From NCBI RefSeq assembly GCF_001194135.2, contig NC_068993.1, positions 55,450,761 to 55,514,760 on the forward strand: a stretch of DNA of 64,000 bases, in the 5' to 3' direction. The position numbers were made by a program, and so were the translations under genes. The first letter of the stretch is position 1. Each line of letters starts with the position of its first letter. The notes below the pieces were generated by a model, which searched no databases, was not told the origin of the DNA, and was given only the letters and a program-made list of their open reading frames with translations. Positions 41,501 to 53,694 of the stretch are shown in pieces. This stretch comes from Octopus bimaculoides (Eukaryota).

Positions 41501-44018
41501 TTGTGTTAATGGTTGAAGAAAAGGGAATTGCATTAGAAAAAGTTTTAATTGCTGTTGTCGGTAAGTATGGGGGTTAGGAAAAAATAGAAGAGGCATTAAG
41601 AAGTTGACGTTAAGAATTGCTTTAACAGAAAATGAAGCTGTAAGAATTAACAAGAAAATTGTAGTATGTACCTACCGCTAGAAGGTTTGGGTAAGTTATA
41701 GAGAAATCAAGAGCTGTAACACCTGAACGGTGTGGGAACACTTTCTCGGGATACTGAAACAGAAAAAAGTAACACAAAATAACATTAGTTATGGCTGTTA
41801 CTCGATAATGTATGTGAAAATAATGCATGATGTAAACCCTTCATGCCTTCCGATTAACAGCCAAGAACTCCAATCAATAGGGATAGACACTGCATAAAAT
41901 GAGAGACCGCTTCTGGTGAAGATCACAAAAATGAAGTTTTGGACATCCATGATGCTTATATCCAGTCTCAATGTTGATGAAGAGGACTGTCTTTGGGAGC
42001 CAGTTATCTGGCATCTGAATCACATAGCCAACCCAGCAGAAAAGATGATGAAGGATGAATACCACAAATATTTACATCCCAGCCCTCAGTTTTCCAGCTA
42101 TTAAACAACTGTAGTAGAATAACACCATGGAATAATGTTAACCTGACAGTACTAGTATTAAAGTCAAGCAATGTTTGAGGATATACAGCATGTAAGCTAG
42201 AATAATGGAGTGAACCGTAAAGCATTTTCAGTCCAGTGAAACTGAAATTCATAATGAAAAGCTATTAACATTAATGAAAATTTTTTTAAGAAAGAGAAGG
42301 GAGAGAACTCAAAAAATTTCAATTTGAACCTCCTTACCTCAGGATTTTTCATGGACCAGCAACATGCAAGGCCATTCTTCTGGATCTTGAATTCAAACTC
42401 TCCATATCCGACAGCAATGAGATCCTTTGAAACAAGAGAGTAAAATGACTTGTTAGTAGAGATTATTTCCATAGTGCTGCTTTATATTTCTTGCCACTTA
42501 CTACAGTTATATGAGGTACATTCTAGAAAGTGTGACATTTTTGTTAGTAGAGGCAGTTATAACTGTCCCAGATTATTGTAATTTTAGTATATCATTCTCT
42601 CTTTTTCACCCTTTCAAAGCCTAGCCAAGCTCATGGGCCCGGTTTCCTGGTTTCTATGATATACGTGTTCCCCCCCCCCCCCNNNNNNNNNNNNNNNNNN
42701 NNNNNNNNNNNNNNNNNTTCCCCCCCCCCCCGCCAGCTGGATGGGATGCCAGTCCATCACAGCATTACTCAAGAAACAGGAAGAAAGAGTGAGAGAAAAT
42801 TGGGGCGAAAGAGTACAACAGGGGTTGCCGCCACCCCCTGCCGGAGCCTTGTGGAGATTAGGTGTTTCACTCAATAAACACACACAACGCCCGGTCTGGG
42901 AATCGAAACCGCGATCCTCCGACCGCGAGTCCGCTGCCCTAACCACTGGGCCATTGCGCCTCCACAGTATATCATTACAATACATCTAATCAGCTGACCT
43001 ACCAACTTTTGATATTCTATACTGAAGGCAACGGCTATAACAGCACTTTGAACACACCCTACAAAACACTGCTTGTTACAGCTGACCAGTTTGTAGGATG
43101 CAGTCAGGACATGAAGACAATTTGGAAGCACACTAGGCAATGAAGTTTTGTGTTGAACTGGGCAAAAATGCGAGAGAAACTTATGAAATGTTCCAGACTG
43201 CTGCTTATGGATTAACTTGTATAAGCTGAACATTTGTTTGTTACTGGCATAAGAGGTTCGAGGAAGTGGGAGATGACGAGGGGTGTGAGGAGGAGAGGGA
43301 TGTCACAACATCAGGAGTGATTAAGAAAATTCACAATTTTCCGGATAAAGACTGTTGTGTGTCGATAAGGACAATAAGCAAACGGTTTGGAGTTGGTGTG
43401 GTATAACTGTAGACAGAATTATTTATGAGGATGTGAACATGTGCAAAATCTGTGCAAAGATTGTTCCCAGTGACAAACAGAAGGAAAGACATGTTGGTGA
43501 CAGCAGGGAGATAGTTGAGCTTATTATCTCCTACACCATTTTGGTTTCAAGTCCTGCTGCATGGTACCATAGGCAAGTGCCTTCTACTATAGCCTTGGGC
43601 CGACCAAAGTCTTGTGAGTGGATTTGGTAGAAGGAAACTGAAAGAAGCCCTTGTTTTCACCTTTTCGATATCAGTGAAGAATTTCACTGGAAAAGTATAT
43701 ATAAGATTGCCAAGAATTTATCTCTCTCATCAAAGATCAGTGGCTATCGGACGCTGACAAAGGGAAATAACCCTGAAACCTGGGTCCGTTCGTGCTACAG
43801 ATCATGATGGGAAGGATAACTTCCCTTGGCAAACAGGACACAGTAGTGTGTCGATAAGCCAGCTGGAGATGTCCTCCTGGGGCTAAAAGCAACAGTAACA
43901 TCCACCCCTAGGGGTCAGCCACACTTAAGTGGCAATATACTACACTTCATCGTGCAGTTACTGTTAATACTTCATTTAGAGAATTAACATATATATATAT
44001 ATATTTGTGCATTTGTGT

Positions 44019-44050
<32 letters not shown>

Positions 44051-47000
44051 TTGTGTTTGTCTCCCACCACTACTTGACAGTCAGTGTTGGTGTGTTCACA
44101 GCCCCATATCTTAGCGGTTCAGCAAAAGAGACTGATAGAATAAGTACCAGGCTTTAAAAAAAAATAAGTACTGATGTTGATTCATTCAGCCAAAACATTC
44201 TTCAACGAGGTGCCCCAGCATGGACGCAGCTTAATAACTGAAACAAGTAAAAGAATATACCCAAGTGTATATGCTAGTTATGATAACAATGATGATGATG
44301 ATGATGATGATGACAATGACAACAACAACAACAATGACGGAGACGAGTACAACAGCACTGAAGAAAGCAAAGAAAGCAGTAATAATACTCACTAAGTTAG
44401 AACTGTTCCATGCCATACAGCTGACAGTGTGACCTTTGGTCAGTGGGCAGGTGAAGGACCAGAGTTTCTGCAAGTTTGGTGACAGGTCCGTTTCACTAGC
44501 AGATTCCTCCGCTTCGGAAGAATCAACACCTAGCGTATAACAGTTAACCGTTTGTTATAAAGTTTTATAGAATTGTGTGAAACAAACAAATCTTAACGAA
44601 CCAAAATAATGATTTATCAAAGTAAATAAAATCAACAATGTATTAATTATTAGGAACAGAAGAAGCATTATCAATATCAAAGATCCAACTTAATACGGAT
44701 ACCTTTGCTTCCATTGCTAATGATTGATTTTTGATAAACCTGCTGGTTATTTGCGACATCGTCGTCATCATCACCATTTAATGTCCATTGTCCATGCTGG
44801 CAAGGGTTGGACAGTTTGACCGGAGCTGACAGGCCTGGTACTTATTCTATCAATCCCTAAGTTAGAACTGTTCTATGCCATACAACTGACAGTGTGACCN
44901 NNNNNNNNNNNNNNNNNNNNNNNNNNNNNNNNNNNNNNNNNNNNNNNNNNNNNNNNNNNNNNNNNNNNNNNNNNNNNNNNNNNNNNNNNNNNNNNNNNNN
45001 NNNNNNNNNNNNNNNNNNNNNNNNNNNNNNNNNNNNNNNNNNNNNNNNNNNNNNNNNNNNNNNNNNNNNNNNNNNNNNNNNNNNNNNNNNNNNNNNNNNN
45101 NNNNNNNNNNNNNNNNNNNNNNNNNNNNNNNNNNNNNNNNNNNNNNNNNNNNNNNNNNNNNNNNNNNNNNNNNNNNNNNNNNNNNNNNNNNNNNNNNNNN
45201 NNNNNNNNNNNNNNNNNNNNNNNNNNNNNNNNNNNNNNNNNNNNNNNNNNNNNNNNNNNNNNNNNNNNNNNNNNNNNNNNNNNNNNNNNNNNNNNNNNNN
45301 NNNNNNNNNNNNNNNNNNNNNNNNNNNNNNNNNNNNNNNNNNNNNNNNNNNNNNNNNNNNNNNNNNNNNNNNNNNNNNNNNNNNNNNNNNNNNNNNNNNN
45401 NNNNNNNNNNNNNNNNNNNNNNNNNNNNNNNNNNNNNNNNNNNNNNNNNNNNNNNNNNNNNNNNNNNNNNNNNNNNNNNNNNNNNNNNNNNNNNNNNNNN
45501 NNNNNNNNNNNNNNNNNNNNNNNNNNNNNNNNNNNNNNNNNNNNNNNNNNNNNNNNNNNNNNNNNNNNNNNNNNNNNNNNNNNNNNNNNNNNNNNNNNNN
45601 NNNNNNNNNNNNNNNNNNNNNNNNNNNNNNNNNNNNNNNNNNNNNNNNNNNNNNNNNNNNNNNNNNNNNNNNNNNNNNNNNNNNNNNNNNNNNNNNNNNN
45701 NNNNNNNNNNNNNNNNNNNNNNNNNNNNNNNNNGGGAGGAGGAGGAGGAGGGGAGGAGGAGGAGGAGGAGCAAGAAGAAGAGAAGCAACAGCAGCAGCAG
45801 CAGGAGGAGGTTTTATGAAGTGCATGAAATACTCACTAAAACTGACTGGTAAGTTGCGGTACTTGGCTAGTTTCGGTTGGTAAGTATTCAAATTGATTAT
45901 TCTCTCCATCACGAATAGATCCCTTACAAAATTCATACTCTGAAATAAATATAAACATCTACTAAATATATACGTGCATATGGTATGTGCATGTGCACAT
46001 GAATGTGTGCATGTGTGCATGTATGCATGTGTACGTGTGCACCAGAACCGTAATTCAAGAGACCTGGTCACAGAGTCACTTTATATATATATATATATAT
46101 ATATACATACATATAGCAATGAGAAAATGGAGGAGAACATACAGAAGATTGCACTACTGGGCGAAGTGAAAGCATGCTATAAAAATAAGACTATTGCATC
46201 ATCATCATCATTATAAATCGTAATTGAACCAAATTCAATGACTGGTATCTGTTCCAGTTCATCCGATCAAAGGAACANNNNNNNNNNCCGCGATCCTATG
46301 ACCGCGAGTCCGCTGCCCTAACCACTGGGCCATTGCGCCTGGTGAAATATATATGTTGTATTTACCTGTAATATCACTTCATCAATTTTCACAGGTTCAT
46401 CCATTGTTATTTCTTTGGCCAGTTTGGTAACTTTGGTCTGAGATGATATACTCGAATTTAGTGAAGACATCAAAGTGGATTTCAGAATGTCAGAACCTGA
46501 GAAAAACAATGACAGGGACACTGTAGACATTCATTTCAATTAATAGGCACAGGTGTGACTGTGCAGTAAGAAGTTTGCTTCCCAACCACATGGTTGGGCT
46601 ACAGTAGAAGACATTTGCCCAAGGTGCTACACAATGAGATTGATGGTTTTGATTTACTGTCAGGTGACTTTTGGCCAACCCTGTATATATGACAGACATC
46701 TTTCCGTTTCCGTCTACCAAATCCACACAAAAGGCTTTAGTCGGACCAAGAATATATTAGAAGACACTTGACCAAGATGCCATGCAATGAGACTGAGCCC
46801 GGAACCATGTTATTGGCTTCTTAACCAGTTGTTGTTGCTGTTTGGTTTCAGGTCAACCTTGACCAAGCTGACTTATGATCAGTTAAGTTCTAACTATGAC
46901 CATCCAGTCTTTAAATACTATAAGTGACTACATTATCCAACGTTATCTTTGTTTACTAATACAGTAATTTGAGGGGTAATTTAGCTGCTATTTCTAACAA

Positions 47001-47191
47001 GTCAAACAACTTCATAGAGGCTACCTTGATTTAGTTTGTGCTCAGTTCTTTCGCCATCTGAAAATTTTCCCTTACAAGGGATAAGGCAAGGAATGACTGC
47101 TTCTATAATGAAACCTTTGTTTTGTTTTGTAATTATTTAGGTTTAGTATTTGTACTTTGGGTTTTGCAAACGATTCTGCCAGCTCGTCACT

Positions 47192-47237
<46 letters not shown>

Positions 47238-50200
47238 GCAAAACGGGCTGATTACTACCTAGATCAGATTCCAGGAAACCCCAAAATGGCTGAAGTTCAA
47301 AAAATAGTGCTCATGGGAACTGCCCATATCCTACGTAAAATACTGTCTATGTGATCTCAAATTTTAAAGCAAACACATAATTTTCTTATGGTTTCTTAAA
47401 CATTCACTTGAACAAAACTGTACAAATACAAATATATGGTACCCTAGGCATAACACCTACATGNNNNNNNNNNNNNNNNNNNNNNNNNNNNNNNNNNNNN
47501 NNNNNNNNNNNNNNNNNNNNNNNNNNNNNNNNNNNNNNNNNNNNNNNNNNNNNNNNNNNNNNNNNNNNNNNNNNNNNNNNNNNNNNNNNNNNNNNNNNNN
47601 NNNNNNNNNNNNNNNNNNNNNNNNNNNNNNNNNNNNNNNNNNNNNNNNNNNNNNNNNNNNNNNNNNNNNNNNNNNNNCAAAACAAAAGTCAAACATAAAA
47701 TAATAATAATAAACACCTTTCGTTGTATTTCTTATCGTTTATCTATTTGTTTCAGTCGTTGGACTGCAGCCATGCTGGGGCACTGAAGGGTTTAGATGAC
47801 ACTATCAGTCACTTTTGCCGAACCGCTAGGTTACAGGAACGTAAACAAACCAGCAGTGGTAGAGATGAACACACACACGAGCTTGTTTCAATTGCTCTTT
47901 ACCAAATCCACTGTCATGCCATTGGTCGGCGTGAGGCTATAGCAGAAGACACTTGTCCAAGGTGTCACGCAGTGCGACTGAAGTCGGAACCCTGAGGTCG
48001 GGAAACAAACCTCTTAACACAATCAAACTGGCACCAATAAAGAAAACTATTTGAAATATGTAAAAATTATGTAGAAAATTTGTCATCTTCTACAATATTG
48101 AGCGCACCTCCAAACACACACACACACATATTCTGTTAAGTAGTAGTTGGTAGAACACATGTCAGCAATTCTTCGACTATTAACAAATAATTGCTTCGTT
48201 CTGAAGCGTAAATATCGTTGATAAAGCCAGGAAGATGAAGACAGTTCAAGTGTAAGGGAGATAACTCCGACACTAACGTCAACTGGATAAAATCTAAACG
48301 GAGAGTAACTGAGTAGAAACAATACGAAGACGACGAAGTGTGGATGTTGACCGTAATGATAGGAATAGAGTGTAGGATGTCTATATAGATATGGTGTGTA
48401 AGTGTTAAAGAGGACAACAAACGTTGCTTTTCATCCTTTCGGAGTCGATAAATTAAGTACCAGTTGCGTACTGGGTCGTTCTAATCGACTGGCCCCTTCC
48501 CCAAAAATTTCGGGCCTTTGCCTAGAGTAGAAAAAATGATCGGCAAAATTCAAAGTCTTACAGCTGTTTCTGGGATATCCCAAGGAATGGGATGTTCTAT
48601 CCTCAGAGACAAATAGGGAAAATGAGAAGGGTACAGATTAATGAAACGGCAACGTAGAGGACAGGAGAAAAAGAATAAAGAGGTGAAGAAAAAAGAAGAA
48701 AGAGAAGAAAAATGAAGAAAGAGAAGAAAAAAGAAGAAAGAGAAGAAAAAAGAAGCATAATAGTTCATGGTTCAACTTTCCAATCGTGTAGATGTTAGTC
48801 CATAAGTCCTTAGATGACTTGAGAGATGTAGAGACAGTGATAAATAATTTGGCAGTTGTTGACTTTAAAAGGAAGAATAACGATTCAAGTGCTTGGAGGA
48901 ATGACCTGTGTCCAATCAGGAGTACAATGAGAGTTGATGTGAAGAACTGAAAATAGAAAATTTGGTTCCTCTACCAACAACAATAGTATGGAATGAATGT
49001 GAGAATCAGAAGTAGTTGTGGATGTTGAAGTAACCAAAGACAAGCTACTCAGCGATATTGTTAGTCCACATGACTTCCTAAGGAGCACAGGGCTAGTTTC
49101 CTGGTTTCTTTGACAAATATATATATTTTCTGCTGGATGGGATACCAGTCTGTCACAGAATTACCCGTTTTTGCCAGCTGAGTGGACTGGAGCAATGTGA
49201 AATGAAGTGTTTTGCTCAAGAACACAATGCATCACCCAGTCCAGGAATTGAAACCACAATCTTACTATCGTAAGTCCAACACCCTAACCACTGATGCATG
49301 TGCCTCTGCATTCAGTGATGTAGATGTCCTCAATGCAGGAAGAAATATAGCCAGAGTTAACAATTGAAAAGATTCAGAGCGTGGCAGAGAAAACTAATGT
49401 ATTAGGAGAGGGAGAGAGAAAATAACCAGAGTAACTTAGGGGTGGGGAACTAGAGTAACTTAGGGGTGGGGAATCAGAGTAACTAGAGGTCTTTGTTGCT
49501 GATATGTAGAAGAAAAAAGTAAGTACAATCGATATGTGTGCAGACACCACCTTTCAGAATGACATTTGAGAACAGAAGTGGTCGAAAGGATAAGGGTTGA
49601 GAGATTCGTTGCTTTCAAGGAGAGGAAGAAAGGATGAGTTACTTGCATGTCAGCAAGAAGTGATGGATAGGGGTCTAGATTGGATTGCAGTTCACAGATG
49701 TTAGAAGAAAAAAACAATTGTCCAGCAGGTTTCGTTATAGATTTTGACATCTAAGGAAATATGGATGCTGTTGTACACCATAGGAGCACAGTTAACTCCT
49801 GTTAGGAGACTGGCACATATATTTGCAACAGACTGAACTCCACTCAAGTAATTTCATACGAAGGTTTGCCAAACAAAACCCAATTATTAAAAGGTACCTT
49901 AATTTGTGATAAGCAGTGTCAAAAATGCAAGACTCTACCTTCAGATTTTCTAGAGCCATACGATTCATCAAATGTTTGTTGGTCTCCTTTTTTCATGCTG
50001 CTTTCATCCAGAAAACTGACATTTTCTATCCAATCTTCATATTCTAGATTATCTTTCCTCACTGAAATTAAAGAAACGCATTTTGTTTGAGAATGAAAAT
50101 TAATACCATCACCACACCATTATTTAATGTCCACTTCACTATACATGAGTGAGACGAATTTGGTGAGGTAGATTTTCTACAGCTGGAGGCTATTCTAGTC

Positions 50201-50481
50201 ACCAGCCCCCCCCCCCGTTCCCAAAGAAGGAAATATTTCACCATGGAAAACTGGAAACAAACAACACCACATGTATGACAGTGATGCTCATTTACAACTA
50301 TCACATGATGTCGAAACACACACACAATGGACCACCTACTCAGCAGCAATCCAGTAAATCCACCAACAGGGCCCAATTGAGCTCAGAAGCCTAGCAGAAG
50401 ACATGACGCCTGCTCAAGGTACTAAGCAGTGAATCCAAACACCCACAGCAAAGTTACATGCCTAATGTAGACATACATACA

Positions 50482-50521
<40 letters not shown>

Positions 50522-52771
50522 TGTGTAGGCAAAATTAATAGAGGTTGCAAAAGTGACAGAGGGTACTGACTAGCACCACTTTTGCTAAAGATAAGAGTTA
50601 AATTAATTCAAAGCCATTTGGATTCACATTTCAGGGGCACTTTACTTTCAAAGTATTTTCCCATTATCTGCCAGTTTGGTTGTGTAACATTGCAAGCAAC
50701 ATCGAACTTCACTTTCAATGTATTATATATATATNNNNNNNNNNNNNNNNNNNNNNNNNNNNNNNNNNNNNNNNNNNNNNNNNNNNNNNNNNNNNNNNNN
50801 NNNNNNNNNNNNNNNNNNNNNNNNNNNNNNNNNNNNNNNNNNNNNNNNNNNNNNNNNNNNNNNNNNNNNNNNNNNNNNNNNNNNNNNNNNNNNNNNNNNN
50901 NNNNNNNNNNNNNNNNNNNNNNNNNNNNNNNNNNNNNNNNNNNNNNNNNNNNNNNNNNNNNNNNNNNNNNNNNNNNNNNNNNNNNNNNNNNNNNNNNNNN
51001 NNNNNNNNNNNNNNNNNNNNNNNNNNNNNNNNNNNNNNNNNNNNNNNNNNNNNNNNNNNNNNNNNNNNNNNNNNNNNNNNNNNNNNNNNNNNNNNNNNNN
51101 NNNNNNNNNNNNNNNNNNNNNNNNNNNNNNNNNNNNNNNNNNNNNNNNNNNNNNNNNNNNNNNNNNNNNNNNNNNNNNNNNNNNATATATACCTCTTCTT
51201 TTTCTGCATATTAAGCAAGGACATTTCTCTGAGGTTACCAGGGTCCTGACCTCTTTCCTACTTACTAAAACATTCATATTTACCTCAAAACCTCTCAAAT
51301 CTAGGTTTAGCCTCCAGCATGGAATTCCTTTTCTAAGTCCCTTATAGATTCAGCAATGAGAACTAGAGCATCAACATATATGCGTCTCCATGAAAAGTGA
51401 GTCTTAAACTCTTCAATAATGGCCTGTTGGCCTATGATAGATAAGAGAGGGCTGAGGACTGAACCTTGATGGAATCCTACCTTGATGACCATCTCTACAA
51501 CTATCTCTTATGGAGCTGCAGCTTTCCCTTTCTTCATGTCCTTGACTGCTTTATTCACAATGCTGCTGTCAACTTGAATTGCTGGGCCTTCTGAAGGGTG
51601 AGCATAAGGTAGCCCCCTTTTAATCCTCTCACAATAGCACTTCTAAGCTACTTTCTTGTCTTCCATATCGGTGGTGAATATGCTTTCCTCATTCTGAATA
51701 AATACACATCTCATTTATGAGGAATGAGCTAAAATAAAATTACACATTAACTGTACCGACCTAAGGCAATCCTCTCGTGCTGCTGGTTCAGAAGGAACCG
51801 TTATTGATGGAGAAGTAATGTAGGAGAGAGAATGAGAGAAGAACACTGTCTTGTTTCTTGTACTATTTTATAAGGGATAAATGGAACTTACCACTGTCCC
51901 TTTTTTTCAATCGATATCTGTCATACATATCCCAACTAGAAACCTGTACACTTTGATCCTGGAATAAAGAAAAAAATTCACTTTTTGGTAATAATATCCA
52001 TTCTCATTATAAGCACAAGATCAGAAATTTGGGGGAAGTGGTTAGTTGATTAAAGTGAACCCAGTATTTGACAGGTGCTTTATTTTATTGATCCCTCCAA
52101 AAGGATGGAAGGTAAGGTTGACCCCAATAGGAACTGTACTTACAATGCAAAGAGCCAGAGCAACAGTATTTGAACTCAAACCATAAAACCAGAAGATACG
52201 CAGCTAAGCATTCTTCATCCAGCATGCTAATGATTCTGCCAACTTCCCACCTTCAATCATAATAATACTAACAGTTTCAAATTTTGGCACAAGGCCAGCA
52301 ATTTCAGGTTTGGTGGAAGATTTTAATTCAGAACTTTTGAAAACAAAACGTTTGTACTACAGAGCCAGGGGTAGTTTCAGGCAGGTTGGTATCGAAAGGG
52401 TTAATAACATGAGAAATATATGAAAACAAATTTCTACTAACCAAATGTTTGATAGGCAGAGTCTGTACAAGCTTCAGTTTGCGGGGGTCATTGAAGGTGT
52501 TAACCCCCTTCGATACATAACGATCGTTGCCGACTCTGTTCTTCACCAACTGAAATAATTCAATAAAAATGAAAATATATTAAAGAAAGAATATGAAATG
52601 GGGTTCATAAAAAGCAATCAGGAATATCATTTTCAAAGTTGTCATTAAATGCTAAATTGATAAAGTGGGTCTTATTGAGAGTAGAATGTTGATGAAATAT
52701 AGGTAATGGTAGAGTTGAATAAAAAGTTAAAATGTTGATAAAAAAAATTCAATAAATACAACAATAACGAA

Positions 52772-52816
<45 letters not shown>

Positions 52817-53646
52817 GAGTGAGAGAACAGTGCATGCCATCAAAGTGACACTGGGATAAAATATAAGAAACCCAGTATACCCATCATGACTACCCGTCTG
52901 ATAAGAGTACACTAGCCATGCATTAACAGAGGATGTTATCCAAATTTGGCCCTACAATTATATGATATCTCTTTACCTCATGATACAGGGCATTCCTTTT
53001 CATAACCAGTTTTGCTTCTTCAGTATCTTGCTGAACACAAGTTGAGATTAGTTCAAACAACATGAATGTCTCTGTCTCTTTCAGATGTATTTCAACTTCC
53101 TTTGTTAAATCAGTTTCTCTAAGAACTGTGGGTGACTCCGATTTTTCTACAACAACTGTAAATAGAAATTGAGATTGATCTTGTTTTTCTTTTCATTTAT
53201 TGCAAATATCCTAAAGGATTTATGATTCAGTGTGACCATGTAATAGAGAATAGGAAGCTAGACATAGTCTTAATTGAAAAAGAAAACAAACTATGCAGGA
53301 TAATAGACATAGCATGCCCAGCAGACAACAAGGTATGTGATAAGAAAGAAAGAAAAGTCAAGAGATATGACAGGTTAGCTTGGGAAGTTAAGCAGTTGTG
53401 GTCGATGAAAAAGGTAGCAGTAGTACCAATAATTGTCAGAGCCCTGGGAACAGTGAGCAAAAATATCGAGGAGCACATGGAACAAATAGGGGCTGTAATA
53501 AGGGTGGAGCACTTGCAGAAAACAGCACTGCTTGGAACCACCTGAATACTCCTGAAGGTGCTCGAAAAATAAGAGGTGTTACCTTAGTTCACTGGTAGTG
53601 AGCAGCTAACAATGCAGTACATCTCCAGCATTAGAAGCTGTGCAAA

Positions 53647-53694
<48 letters not shown>

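Noticed and set aside
42890-42963. tRNA-like sequence with A and B boxes
   Set aside because: No proper acceptor stem, continues into a repeat body, and recurs at 46288-46340: a SINE head, not a tRNA gene.
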